Source of the DNA: Acidimicrobiia bacterium
GTDB taxonomy: Bacteria; Actinomycetota; Acidimicrobiia; IMCC26256; JAMXLJ01
Direction of reading: 5' to 3'
Length of the DNA: 64,000 bases
NCBI GenBank assembly: GCA_035651955.1
Contig: DASRES010000024.1
Span: 12,482 to 76,481, forward strand
In this document: positions 17,156-26,396 of the stretch, in pieces
How positions within the stretch are numbered: the stretch's first letter is position 1
How the letters are laid out: every line of letters starts with the position of its first letter
Position numbers and translations under genes: made by a program
The notes under the pieces: model-generated
What the model was told of the DNA's origin: nothing
The model's database searches: none
The model's input: only the letters and a program-made list of their open reading frames with translations

Positions 17156-17710
17156 CTAGCAGCCGCGCACGACGAGCGCCTTCGCGAGCCCGCTCCACTC
17201 GTGGACGATGCGCTTCCCCCAGCCGACGACGCCGTCACGCGGCGTCGCGCCGACGAAGCTCGTGTGTCCGCTGTAGCAGCGCCGCACGAGGATGCGCGCG
17301 CGAGCGACGTGATACCTCGACGTGACGACGACGATGCGACGCCAGTTGTTGGCGCGCGCGAGCCCTCGTATCGCCTCGGCCTCGCCGCGCGTCGTCTGCG
17401 GCTCGGGCCGGAAGCAGATCATGCGATAGGGGCGCCGAGCGCCACACGCGCCATTCGAGATCGCGATCGTCGGCGCGACGTCGTGAGCCATCAGCGCTTG
17501 CGCGCGTGCAAGCCGTTCCCCGCGCCCACCGGCGAGTACGACGACGGCATCGGCGTGTGCGGGTACGCCGGTGCCCGCACGAACGAACAGCAGGTAGGAC
17601 GCGACCACGAGACCGATCACGACGATGCACACGCAGCCGGCCGCGACGCGAACGAGGCGGTGCCGTCCCGGAAGGTGCTCGCGCACGGCCGACAGCACGG
17701 CCGACAGCAT
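17156..17710 (-). CDS. YdcF/ElyC (DUF218) family protein with N-terminal TM anchor
   Basis: ...ADAVVVLAGGRGERLARAQALM...IVVVTSRYHVARARIL is the DUF218 pattern. Confidence 0.8.
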   Translation of the reverse strand: MLSAVLSAVREHLPGRHRLVRVAAGCVCIVVIGLVVASYLLFVRAGTGVPAHADAVVVLAGGRGERLARAQALMAHDVAPTIAISNGACGARRPYRMICFRPEPQTTRGEAEAIRGLARANNWRRIVVVTSRYHVARARILVRRCYSGHTSFVGATPRDGVVGWGKRIVHEWSGLAKALVVRGC

Positions 17711-17751
17711 GCCCGAACGTCGGGTTCGACGGCCGGGGTAGCGTCACCCGC

Positions 17752-18555
17752 ATGTCATTCGTGTTGATCGACAAGCCGCGCCCGCACGTCACGCTGGTCA
17801 CGCTCAACCGTCCCGAGCGGATGAACGCGATGGCGTTCGACGTGATGGTCCCGTTGCGCGAGGCGCTCGAGGAGGTGAGTGCCGACAACGACACGCGCGT
17901 CGTCGTGCTCACCGGCGCCGGGCACGGCTTCTGCTCGGGAGCCGACCTGGAGGACTCGGGTCACGTTCCCAACATCGGCGGGCTGACGCGCACGACGATC
18001 GCGCACCGCTCGATGGATCTTCTCGACGACGTGATCCTCGGCCTGCGCCGCATGCACCAACCCGTCATCGCGGCGATCAACGGCGCCGCGATCGGCGGTG
18101 GGTTCTGCCTCGCGACGGCGACCGACATCCGCATCGCGTCCGAGCGCGCGTACTTCCGCGCTGCCGGCATCAACAACGGCCTCACGTCGAGCGAGCTCGG
18201 CATCAGCTACCTGCTCCCGCGCGCGATCGGGTCGTCCCGCGCGTTCGAGATCATGCTGACGGGTCGCGACGTCGACGCTGAGGAAGCGCAGCGCATCGGG
18301 CTCGTGTCACGAACCGTCGCCCACGACGGCCTGCTCGACGCGTGCTACGACGTCGCCGAACGGATCATCGGATGGAGTCGCATCGGCGTCGAGAGCACGA
18401 AGCGGCTGCTGTGGTCGAGCCTCGACGCGGGAAGCCTGTTCTCGCACATGGACCACGAGGCACACGCGCAGCTGTACGTGCGCCTCACGACCGAGAACTT
18501 CGAAGAGGCCGTCCGGGCCCGCAAGGAGCAGCGCACTCCCGTCTACCGGGATTGA
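17752..18555 (+). CDS. Enoyl-CoA hydratase/isomerase family
   Basis: The ATG at 17752 gives MSFVLIDKPRPHVTLVTLNRPERMNAM...VLTGAGHGFCSGADL...AAINGAAIGGGFCLATATDIRIA. Confidence 0.9.
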   Translation: MSFVLIDKPRPHVTLVTLNRPERMNAMAFDVMVPLREALEEVSADNDTRVVVLTGAGHGFCSGADLEDSGHVPNIGGLTRTTIAHRSMDLLDDVILGLRRMHQPVIAAINGAAIGGGFCLATATDIRIASERAYFRAAGINNGLTSSELGISYLLPRAIGSSRAFEIMLTGRDVDAEEAQRIGLVSRTVAHDGLLDACYDVAERIIGWSRIGVESTKRLLWSSLDAGSLFSHMDHEAHAQLYVRLTTENFEEAVRARKEQRTPVYRD

Positions 18556-18573
18556 TCGCGCATCGCAGCGCCG

Positions 18574-19833
18574 TTGAGTGACACACCCTTCGTTCATACT
18601 GAACCCGTGCTCGATGTTGCCGAGGTGCGCGAGGAACGTGATCGGGTCGCCGCGTTGTTGCGCGCGCTCGAACCGGACGCGGTCGCGCTCGGCGACGCGG
18701 AGCCGATGTGGGACGCGTTCGACAAGATCGAGCGTCACGCCGCCAACGCGAAGACCTTGCTCGCGCGACGTGTCGAGGAGGCCGGCACGTGGCGCCGGCG
18801 CGGGCAGCGCAACGCCGCCGAGGGCATGGCGAAGAAGTCGGGGACGAACACCGGTGCGGCGAAGCGGCAGCTGGAGCTGTCCAAGCAGCTCGACCAGCAT
18901 CCCGCGACCGAGACCGCGATGCGCAACGGGGAGATCTCGCCGACCCAGGCCGCGCTCGTCGCTGCGGGTGCGAACGGCGATCCGGCCGCGGAACGGCGCC
19001 TGCTCGACAAGGCCAGGACCACGACGGTCGCGGAGCTGCGCGACGCCGCGGGACGTGAACGCGCCAACGGCGACCCCGATCCGGAAGCGACCGAGCGACG
19101 CATCCACGCGCAGCGGCGGGCACGGTCGTGGACCGACGAGGAAGGCCGCTGGCACTTCAACGCCATGGGGACGGTGCGCGACGGCAGCCGCGTCGCCCGA
19201 GTGCTGGAAGGGCTCGTCAACGAGGAGTTCACCGCCGCGCGCCGCGAAGGACGCCGCGAGGAACGCGACGCGTACGTGTTCGACGCGTTCGTCCGCGTGT
19301 TCCGCGAGCAGGATCAGCAGCCCGACGAGACCGACAACACGCCGAAGACGAAGCACCGCTGCCCGTCGTACCTATCGATCCTCCGCCTCGACTACGAGGC
19401 GCTGTTGCGCGGCTCCACCGCGGGCGACGAGCTCTGCGAGATCGCCGGGCTCGGACCCGTCCCCGTCACCACGGCACGGACGCTGCTGGGCGAGAGCATC
19501 CTCAAGCTCGTCGTCACCAAAGGCGCGGACGTCGCCAACGTCACCCACCTCGGGCGCGGGCCGAGGGTCGCCCAGAAGATCGCGCTGCTGTGGCAGTCAC
19601 CGTGCTGCAGCGTCGAGGGCTGCACGCGCACCCGCATCGAGTTCGACCACCGGGAACCATGGGCGAACACGAAGCACACCAAGCTCGCCGAGCTCGACGC
19701 GCTGTGCGGCTTCCATCACGACCTGAAGCACCGCGAAGGCTGGGCACTCGTGGACGGCAGCGGCAAACGACCGATGGTCCCGCCCGACCATCCCGACCAC
19801 CCGAAGAACCGGCCCAAGGACGACACGAGTTGA
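18574..19833 (+). CDS. DUF222 domain HNH endonuclease (REP13E12-like selfish gene family)
   Basis: The N-terminal DUF222 pattern is ...MRNGEISPTQAALVA... The C-terminal HNH part is CCSVEGCTRTRIEFDHREPWANTKHTKLAELDALCGFHHDLKH. There is a probable TTG start with no clear SD. Confidence 0.8.
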   Translation: MSDTPFVHTEPVLDVAEVREERDRVAALLRALEPDAVALGDAEPMWDAFDKIERHAANAKTLLARRVEEAGTWRRRGQRNAAEGMAKKSGTNTGAAKRQLELSKQLDQHPATETAMRNGEISPTQAALVAAGANGDPAAERRLLDKARTTTVAELRDAAGRERANGDPDPEATERRIHAQRRARSWTDEEGRWHFNAMGTVRDGSRVARVLEGLVNEEFTAARREGRREERDAYVFDAFVRVFREQDQQPDETDNTPKTKHRCPSYLSILRLDYEALLRGSTAGDELCEIAGLGPVPVTTARTLLGESILKLVVTKGADVANVTHLGRGPRVAQKIALLWQSPCCSVEGCTRTRIEFDHREPWANTKHTKLAELDALCGFHHDLKHREGWALVDGSGKRPMVPPDHPDHPKNRPKDDTS

Positions 19834-19835
19834 GG

Positions 19836-22007
19836 TCAGTCCGGTCGCGGCGCCGCGGCGACCGCGCTGGCGCGGAACGCATGGTCGACGAGCGCGTCGG
19901 CGCGTGCGGTGTCGACCGGTTCGCCCGTGACGAGGAGCCGGTAGTAGAGGGGGCCGACGAGCACGTCCCCGACGAGGCCGACGTCCGTGTCGGGCGCGAG
20001 CTCGCCGCGGGCGACACCGCGTCGCAGCGCGTCGATCAGCGCGGCGCGGTGCGGTCCGATCACCGACGTGCGCAGCCGCGCTGCGAGGTCGGGATGGCGG
20101 CCGGCCTCGCCGACGAGCACCGCGATCACGCCCGGCGCCCACGGCGCGGCGAACAGCGACGCGAGCGCGTCGAGGTACGCGATCGCGTCGTCGCGTACCG
20201 AACCCGTGTCCGGGACGGGCAGCCGCTCCGACAGCTCGGCGACGACCGCGGTGACGAGGTCGACCTTCGAGCTCCAGATCCGTTCGAGCGTCGACGTGCT
20301 GACGCCCGCCTTCGTCGACACCGCGTGGAAGTTCAAGCTCGAGAACCCCGCCTCCTTCAGCAGGTCGACGGTCGCGGACAGGACGCGCCGACGCGGCGAC
20401 TCGGTCGGGATGGCCTGCGCGGTCGCAACCACGAGCTCGTCGAGCTCCGCGGGAGCCTCGGCCGCCGCGACCGGCCGTGCCGGGAGGAACACGAGCGCGA
20501 CGAGCGCACCGCACAGCGCGATCACCGCGCCGACGATCACGGCGCGTGTCATGCCGTGCACGAACGCCTCGTTGGCCAGCTTGACGAGCTGCTCGCGGAA
20601 CTGGGCCGGAAGGTGCGCGGCGACCTCCGCCGCGCCGCCCACCGAGCTGCGGACGGCCGAGAGCGCGGCCGGTGGGAGCTCGTGGAGCTGGGGGACGGCG
20701 TCGACGCGCGCGACGTACGCGCTCTGCATCACGCTCCCGAGCACGGCGACACCGAGCGCGCCACCGAGCTGGCGGGTCGTGTCGTTGACCGCCGAACCGA
20801 CGCCGGCCCGCTCAGGTGGGAGCGACCCCATGATGGACTCGGTCGCGGGTGCCATCGCGGTCCCCATCCCGAGACCGAGGACGAGGAGCACGACCGCGAC
20901 GAGTGGGTAGCCGGACGTCGCCGTCGCCCGTGTGAGCAACGCGAGCGCGACCGCGACGACCGCGAGCCCACCCGCGACGACCAGCTTCGAGCCGAACCTG
21001 CGCACGAGGACGCTGCTGGTCGGTGCCGCCACCATCAGCGCGACCGCGACCGGCAGCGTGCGGATGCCGGCCTGCAACGGGTCGTAGCCGAGCACGAACT
21101 GCAGGTACTGGCTGAGGAAGAACAGCGACCCGAACATCGCGAAGAACACCAGCGTGACGGCGACGGATGCCGCGCTGAACCGCGGGTTCTGGAAGAAGCG
21201 CACGTCGAGCATCGGGTACTCGGTGTGCATCTCCCACAGCACGAACGCGGCGACCAGCACGACGCCGATCGTGAACGCGACGAGGATCGGCGTCGACGAC
21301 CATCCGTGCGTCGGTGCCTCGATGATCCCGAAGAGCAGTGCGGTGATCCCGGCGGCGGACAGCACGAACCCGAGCGCGTCCAGCGGAGGCGCGCTCGGGT
21401 CGCGCGACGTGGGCACGAGCACGACGACCGCGATCAGCGCGAGGACGATGATCGGCACGTTCACGAGGAACACCGATCCCCACCAGAAGTTGTCGAGGAG
21501 CCACCCCCCGACCATCGGGCCGATCGCGACGCCGAGTCCCGACACACCGGCCCAGATGCCGATCGCGCGCCCGAGCTCCTCCGCAGGGAAGACGTTCGTC
21601 AGGATCGACAGCGTCGCCGGCATGATGAGGGCGCCGCCGATGCCCATCACGCCGCGCGTGAAGATGAGCTGGTTGGCGCTTCCCGCGAATGCCGACGCGG
21701 CCGAGCCCGCGCCGAAGATCAGCAACCCGATCAGCAAGCAGCCGCGCCGGCCGAAGCGGTCGCCGAGACTCCCCGCGACGAGCAGCGCGCTCGCGAACAC
21801 GATCGTGTACGCGTCGACGATCCACTGCAGCTGCGTGTTCGACGCGTGCAGGTCGCGCACGAGGCTCGGGAGCGCGACGTTGAGGATCGTGTTGTCGAGC
21901 CCGACGACGAGCAGGCTCAGGCACAGCACGCCGAGGACCGACCAGCGCCGCGGGTGCGGCTGCACCGTCGCCGGTGCGGGTGTCGTCGCCGTCGCCGTCG
22001 CGGCCAC
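19836..22007 (-). CDS. DHA2-type 14-TM MFS efflux transporter with a C-terminal TetR-family domain in the same frame
   Basis: The MFS core is LDNTILNVALPSLVRDLHASNTQLQWIVDAYTIVFASALLVAGSLGDRFGRR... The frame then runs without a stop into PRRRVLSATVDLLKEAGFSSLNFHAVSTKAGVSTSTLERIWSSKVDL (TetR HTH; domain about 19836-20432). The start was chosen at the GTG at 22007 (alternatives 22058 and 21956). The upstream 220 codons of the track ORF are antisense to the P450 gene. Confidence 0.8.
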   Translation of the reverse strand: MAATATATTPAPATVQPHPRRWSVLGVLCLSLLVVGLDNTILNVALPSLVRDLHASNTQLQWIVDAYTIVFASALLVAGSLGDRFGRRGCLLIGLLIFGAGSAASAFAGSANQLIFTRGVMGIGGALIMPATLSILTNVFPAEELGRAIGIWAGVSGLGVAIGPMVGGWLLDNFWWGSVFLVNVPIIVLALIAVVVLVPTSRDPSAPPLDALGFVLSAAGITALLFGIIEAPTHGWSSTPILVAFTIGVVLVAAFVLWEMHTEYPMLDVRFFQNPRFSAASVAVTLVFFAMFGSLFFLSQYLQFVLGYDPLQAGIRTLPVAVALMVAAPTSSVLVRRFGSKLVVAGGLAVVAVALALLTRATATSGYPLVAVVLLVLGLGMGTAMAPATESIMGSLPPERAGVGSAVNDTTRQLGGALGVAVLGSVMQSAYVARVDAVPQLHELPPAALSAVRSSVGGAAEVAAHLPAQFREQLVKLANEAFVHGMTRAVIVGAVIALCGALVALVFLPARPVAAAEAPAELDELVVATAQAIPTESPRRRVLSATVDLLKEAGFSSLNFHAVSTKAGVSTSTLERIWSSKVDLVTAVVAELSERLPVPDTGSVRDDAIAYLDALASLFAAPWAPGVIAVLVGEAGRHPDLAARLRTSVIGPHRAALIDALRRGVARGELAPDTDVGLVGDVLVGPLYYRLLVTGEPVDTARADALVDHAFRASAVAAAPRPD

Positions 22008-22035
22008 GAGTGGAAGCGTTCCCCGTCGAACGGGC

Positions 22036-22055
22036 GCGCACGACTGCCCGTGCGC
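22036..22055. promoter_or_regulatory. Palindrome GCGCACG-ACTGCC-CGTGCGC; candidate TetR-type operator
   Basis: It has 7-nt perfect arms in the 90-bp divergent gap between the MFS-TetR and P450 genes. Confidence 0.4.
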
Positions 22056-22097
22056 CAAGATGACGACCCCTCCCGCTAGGTACGAGGTTCCTGCCCG

Positions 22098-23297
22098 ATG
22101 ACGACCGAGACGCGCCGTTCGATCGACCTGCTCGACGGGCGGCTCTACGCCGGCGACTCGCACCCCGTCTACAAGTGGATGCGCGACAACGAGCCCGTCT
22201 ACTTCGACGAGCGCAACGGCGTGTGGGGTGCCGCGAGCTACGCCGCCGTGCTCGACGCGTCGAGGGATCCCGCGACGTTCTCGAGCGCGGGCGGCATCCG
22301 TCCCGACAACGGTCCGCTGCCGATGATGATCGACATGGACGATCCCGCGCACTGGCAGCGGAGGAAGCTCGTCAACCGGGGGTTCACGCCGAAGCGCGTC
22401 CGGGAGCAGGAGGACAAGATCCGCGCGCTCTGCAACGAGCTCATCGACGACGTCTGCGAGCGCGGCGAGTGCGACTTCGTTCGGGAGCTCGCCGCACCGT
22501 TGCCGATGATCGTCATCGGCGACATGCTCGGGGTGGAGCCCGAGGACCGCGACAAGCTGCTGCGCTGGTCCGACGACATGGTGAGCGCGCAGGGCGGGAA
22601 CATCAGCGAGGAGATGCTGCTGCGCGCGGGCGAGGCGTTCGGCGAGTACGACGCGTACGCCCGCCACGTGATCGCGTCACGACGCGAGCACCCGACCGAA
22701 GACCTCATGAGCGTGCTCGTCCATGCCGAGGTCGACGGCGACCGGCTCGACGAGGACGAGACGGTCCACGAGTCGCTGCTCGTGCTCGTCGGCGGCGACG
22801 AGACGACCCGTCACGTGCTGAGCGGCGGCATGGAGCAGCTGCTGCGCGACCACGCACAACGCGACCGGCTCGCGCGCGACCCGAATGGGATCACGGTCGC
22901 GGTCGAGGAGATGCTGCGCTGGGTGTCCCCGATCAAGAACATGTGCCGAACCCTGACGCGCGACGTCACGTTCCACGGGTCCGACCTGCGCGCGGGTCAG
23001 AAGATCATGCTGCTCTACGAGTCGGCCAACTTCGACGAGCGCACGTTCGACGACCCCGAGCGCTTCGACTCGACGCGGCAGCCGAACGACCATGTCGCGT
23101 TCGGGTTCGGCGCGCACTTCTGCCTCGGCAACAGCCTCGCCCGGCTCGAGATGCGGGTGTTCTTCGAGCAGCTCCTCTCCCGTCTTCCCGACATCGAGCT
23201 CGCGACGGACGCCCCGCTCCCCCGCCGCGAGGCGAACTTCATCAGCGGTCTGGAGTCGATGCCCGTCCGGTTCACGCCCACGGCGCGGGCGAGCTGA
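22098..23297 (+). CDS. Cytochrome P450
   Basis: Heme-thiolate loop FGFGAHFCLGNSLARLE, EXXR (EEMLRW) and I-helix GGDETT. Length is 399 aa. Confidence 0.95.
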   Translation: MTTETRRSIDLLDGRLYAGDSHPVYKWMRDNEPVYFDERNGVWGAASYAAVLDASRDPATFSSAGGIRPDNGPLPMMIDMDDPAHWQRRKLVNRGFTPKRVREQEDKIRALCNELIDDVCERGECDFVRELAAPLPMIVIGDMLGVEPEDRDKLLRWSDDMVSAQGGNISEEMLLRAGEAFGEYDAYARHVIASRREHPTEDLMSVLVHAEVDGDRLDEDETVHESLLVLVGGDETTRHVLSGGMEQLLRDHAQRDRLARDPNGITVAVEEMLRWVSPIKNMCRTLTRDVTFHGSDLRAGQKIMLLYESANFDERTFDDPERFDSTRQPNDHVAFGFGAHFCLGNSLARLEMRVFFEQLLSRLPDIELATDAPLPRREANFISGLESMPVRFTPTARAS

Positions 23298-23300
23298 GCG

Positions 23301-25022
23301 TCAGCTCGTCGCGACCGTGTCGGTGTCGCGACCGGAGCGCAGCAACGACCCGGGCAGCTGACCGGTCGGCCGGTCGTCGACGACGGTCTCGACCCCGTTG
23401 ACGAGCACGCGCACGACACCCGTCGAGTCGGCGAACAGTCGTGCGGAGTCGCCGGGCAGGTCCTCGACGAGCCGCGCCTTCGAGGCACCGACCGTCTCGG
23501 GATCGAAGACGACGAGGTCGGCGTGCGCGCCGACCGAGATCCGTCCGCGGTCGCGCAGGCCGAACAGCTTCGCGGGCTCGCTCGTCATGAGCTGCACCGC
23601 GCGCTCCATCGAGACGAGCTTGCGGCCGCGGATGCAGTCGCGCAGGAACGACGTCGTGTACTGCGACCCGAGCATGCGATCGAGGTGCGCGCCGGCGTCG
23701 GACCCGCCGATGAGGACGCGTGGGTCGTTCCACGTCTCGGCCCGGAGCTTCCAGCTCGCGTCGTCGCCGTCGGACGGGATCGGCCACAGGATCGTGCGGA
23801 GGTCGTCGGCGATCACGACGTCGAGCAACGTGTCGAACGGCTCCTGGCCCCGCTCGGCCGCGAGCTCGTGGATCCGCCGCCCCTTCAACCCCTCGTTGGC
23901 GGCGGAGAACGTGTCGCCGATCTCGTAGTTGCCCCAGCTCGCGAGGCGGCGGAACACACCCGCCTCCGGCGAGTGCGCGCGCTCGTCCATGAAGCGACGG
24001 GTCTGAGGATCGCGCAGCTTCGCGATCCGCTCGGGGACGGGCAGCGCCATGATCGGACCCCAGTCGGGGAGCATGAACAACGCGCAGTAGTTGCGGAAGC
24101 TCATGTTCATCGGGACGAGCGTCGGCATCGTGAGCGCGACGATCCGCCCGCCCTTCGCAGCCGCGGCGTCCGACGCCGACAGCTGGTGCGCGGCCTTCTC
24201 GGGTGACTTCGAGTCGAGCGTCAGCACGTTCCAGTTCAACGGGCGGCGCGCGCGTGCGCTCATCTCGGCCATGCGCGCGATCTCCTCGTCGGAGAACTGG
24301 TCGAGGCAACCGTCAGTGATGTACTCGAGCGTCGTACCGGGGTGCTCGCCCGTCGCCTCGCAGAGCGCGAGCACCTCGTCCGTCGACGCGAAGCGCGACG
24401 CGATCGGGTTCCCGTCGCCGTCCGAGTGCGTGTAGGACTGCGACGACGAGAAGCCGAGCGCGCCGGCGTCGATCGACTCGTGCAGCAACCGGACCATCTC
24501 GCGCACCTGGTCGTCGCTCGCCGCGTTGCCGATCGAGTCGGGACCCATGACGTAGCGGCGGAGCGCGCAGTGTCCGACGAGGAACGTCGCGTTGACGCCG
24601 AGGTTCCCCTCGATGCGGCCCAGGTACTCGCCGAAGCTGGACCAGTCCCACTCGACGCCGTGCTCGAGCGCGGGCAACGGCATGCCCTCGACCTTCGCCA
24701 TCATCCGGCGGATGTAGTCGGCGTCCTCGGCCTTGATGGGCGCGAGCGTGAAGCCGCAGTTGCCGCCGACGATCGTCGTGACACCGTGGATGTTCGACGG
24801 CGACGCGCTCGGGTCCCAGAAGAGCTGCGCGTCGTAGTGCGTGTGCGGGTCGACGAACCCGGGCGTGACGACGAGCCCGTCGGCGTCGAGCTCGGTCCGG
24901 CCCTGGTCGTCGACGTCACCGACCGCGACGATCCGTCCACCGTCGACGCCGACGTCGGCGCGCACACCGGGCGCGCCCGTGCCGTCGACGACCGTCGCGC
25001 CGCGGACGACGTAGTCGATCAT
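23301..25022 (-). CDS. D-aminoacylase-like (N-acyl-D-amino-acid deacylase family) amidohydrolase
   Basis: The start at 25022 gives MIDYVVRGATVVDGTGAPGVRADVGVDGGRIVAVGD...VTPGFVDPHTHYD. Confidence 0.85.
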   Translation of the reverse strand: MIDYVVRGATVVDGTGAPGVRADVGVDGGRIVAVGDVDDQGRTELDADGLVVTPGFVDPHTHYDAQLFWDPSASPSNIHGVTTIVGGNCGFTLAPIKAEDADYIRRMMAKVEGMPLPALEHGVEWDWSSFGEYLGRIEGNLGVNATFLVGHCALRRYVMGPDSIGNAASDDQVREMVRLLHESIDAGALGFSSSQSYTHSDGDGNPIASRFASTDEVLALCEATGEHPGTTLEYITDGCLDQFSDEEIARMAEMSARARRPLNWNVLTLDSKSPEKAAHQLSASDAAAAKGGRIVALTMPTLVPMNMSFRNYCALFMLPDWGPIMALPVPERIAKLRDPQTRRFMDERAHSPEAGVFRRLASWGNYEIGDTFSAANEGLKGRRIHELAAERGQEPFDTLLDVVIADDLRTILWPIPSDGDDASWKLRAETWNDPRVLIGGSDAGAHLDRMLGSQYTTSFLRDCIRGRKLVSMERAVQLMTSEPAKLFGLRDRGRISVGAHADLVVFDPETVGASKARLVEDLPGDSARLFADSTGVVRVLVNGVETVVDDRPTGQLPGSLLRSGRDTDTVATS

Positions 25023-25113
25023 CGGGACCTCCAGGACGACGGGCGGGGGCGCGTGTCGGCGCGCCGCGCGAATCTGACACATCGTCACCTACGGGCGCGG
25101 GCGACGCAAACGG

Positions 25114-25986
25114 TCAGGCGCGGACAGGTACGTGCTGGCGACGGGTGTGGCTGACGATCCACGCACGGAGCCGCTTCGAGCGCGACACCACGATGAGGAT
25201 CACCCCGCCCGCGATGAGCTTGATCACCGCGATCCAGATCGTGATCTCCTTCGCGGTCGAGTCGTGGTCGACCACGGCGCGCGACGGGACGGCCCGGTCG
25301 TAGACGACGGTGACCCGCGACCCGACGTCGTCGCTCGGGGCGCCCCCGGGACGGGTGACGACGGTCGCGCCGGTCGTCGTCCGGAACTCGACCGCCCGGT
25401 GGCCGTCCTGACGGACGATCGTCCCCGTCGTGCGGGTCGCGCGCGCACCGAAGCTCGAGCCCGCCCGCCCGACGGTCAGACGCCACCCCCCGAGGAGGAG
25501 CCCGCCGACGAGGCAGACGACGCCGGCCGCGAGCACGAGCGCGGGGTGGAAGCGCCGGGGCCGCCGCTCGGACACGTACGTGACCGGTGGCCGCCACTCG
25601 GGTTCGGGACGGTCCCACGACGTGGTGTCGCTCCACGTGGGCTCCGATCGGGCCGGTTCGTCGGCGACGGGTCGCCGCGGTCCCGCCCCGTCGCCGTCGC
25701 GGGCCGGCCGCGGTCGCGGGGGCGCGACCGCCACGTCCGCGACGACGTCGGCCGCGAGCGCGCGCTCGTGGTCGTATCGCGCGCGTCGCTCCGGGTGGCC
25801 GATCACGTCGTACGCGGCGGTGATGTGCTTGAAGCGCTCCGTCGCGACGGGGTCGCCGCCGCAGCGGTCGGGGTGCCAGCGCTTCGCGAGCTCGCGGAAC
25901 GCGGCGTCGATCTCGTCCTCGGACGCGCGCGGGGACACCCCGAGCACGGCGTACAGATCCGTCACACGCCACTGCCGCACGGACAT
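25114..25986 (-). CDS. J-domain (DnaJ-like) protein with Pro/Arg linker, TM helix and DUF3592-like C-terminal module
   Basis: DLYAVLGVSPRASEDEIDAAFRELAKRWHPDR contains the HPD motif. The TM helix is ALVLAAGVVCLVGGLLLGGW, followed by a beta-rich segment and a second TM helix. Confidence 0.8.
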   Translation of the reverse strand: MSVRQWRVTDLYAVLGVSPRASEDEIDAAFRELAKRWHPDRCGGDPVATERFKHITAAYDVIGHPERRARYDHERALAADVVADVAVAPPRPRPARDGDGAGPRRPVADEPARSEPTWSDTTSWDRPEPEWRPPVTYVSERRPRRFHPALVLAAGVVCLVGGLLLGGWRLTVGRAGSSFGARATRTTGTIVRQDGHRAVEFRTTTGATVVTRPGGAPSDDVGSRVTVVYDRAVPSRAVVDHDSTAKEITIWIAVIKLIAGGVILIVVSRSKRLRAWIVSHTRRQHVPVRA

Positions 25987-26042
25987 GCCACTCTCTTTCC
26001 TGCGGTGCCACCCTACCCGGGGCCCTCCCCTATTCTTCGGGC

Positions 26043-26393
26043 GTGCCCGACTTCGCGGACGACACGAGCACCGAGCTCGAGCGCAAAGCCGACGCGCTGA
26101 AGTGGGTCAGCCTCGTCGAGGGGATCACCTACGTCGGTCTGCTCGTGTTCTGGCTGGGCGGCAACCGCATCGGCACGGTCCTGTTCGGGTCGCTGCACGG
26201 CATGATCTTCCTCGCGTTCAGCGGGATGGTCCTGCTGATCGCACGCGAGATCGAGTGGTCGTGGACGTTCGCCGTCGTGGCGATCGTCACCGGTCCGATC
26301 GGCGCGTTCCTCGTGTACGAGCGCATCCGTCGTGACGGGGTCCCCGAGCACGCGCGGCGCCGGACGGCGCGCGCCGAGGCGCGCCCCGCGTAG
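26043..26393 (+). CDS. DUF3817 family membrane protein
   Basis: LKWVSLVEGITYVGLLVFWL...GSLHGMIFLAF...GPIGAFLV is the typical DUF3817 arrangement. Confidence 0.7.
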   Translation: MPDFADDTSTELERKADALKWVSLVEGITYVGLLVFWLGGNRIGTVLFGSLHGMIFLAFSGMVLLIAREIEWSWTFAVVAIVTGPIGAFLVYERIRRDGVPEHARRRTARAEARPA

Positions 26394-26396
26394 GTC

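Noticed and set aside
17005-17238. The 77-aa minus-strand ORF ending MTAAEAWWSRGAELST in the gene-poor gap.
   Set aside because: Its 5' half overlaps the end of the YdcF-like gene, it has no SD or family signature, and its codon bias is mixed. At most it is another remnant.
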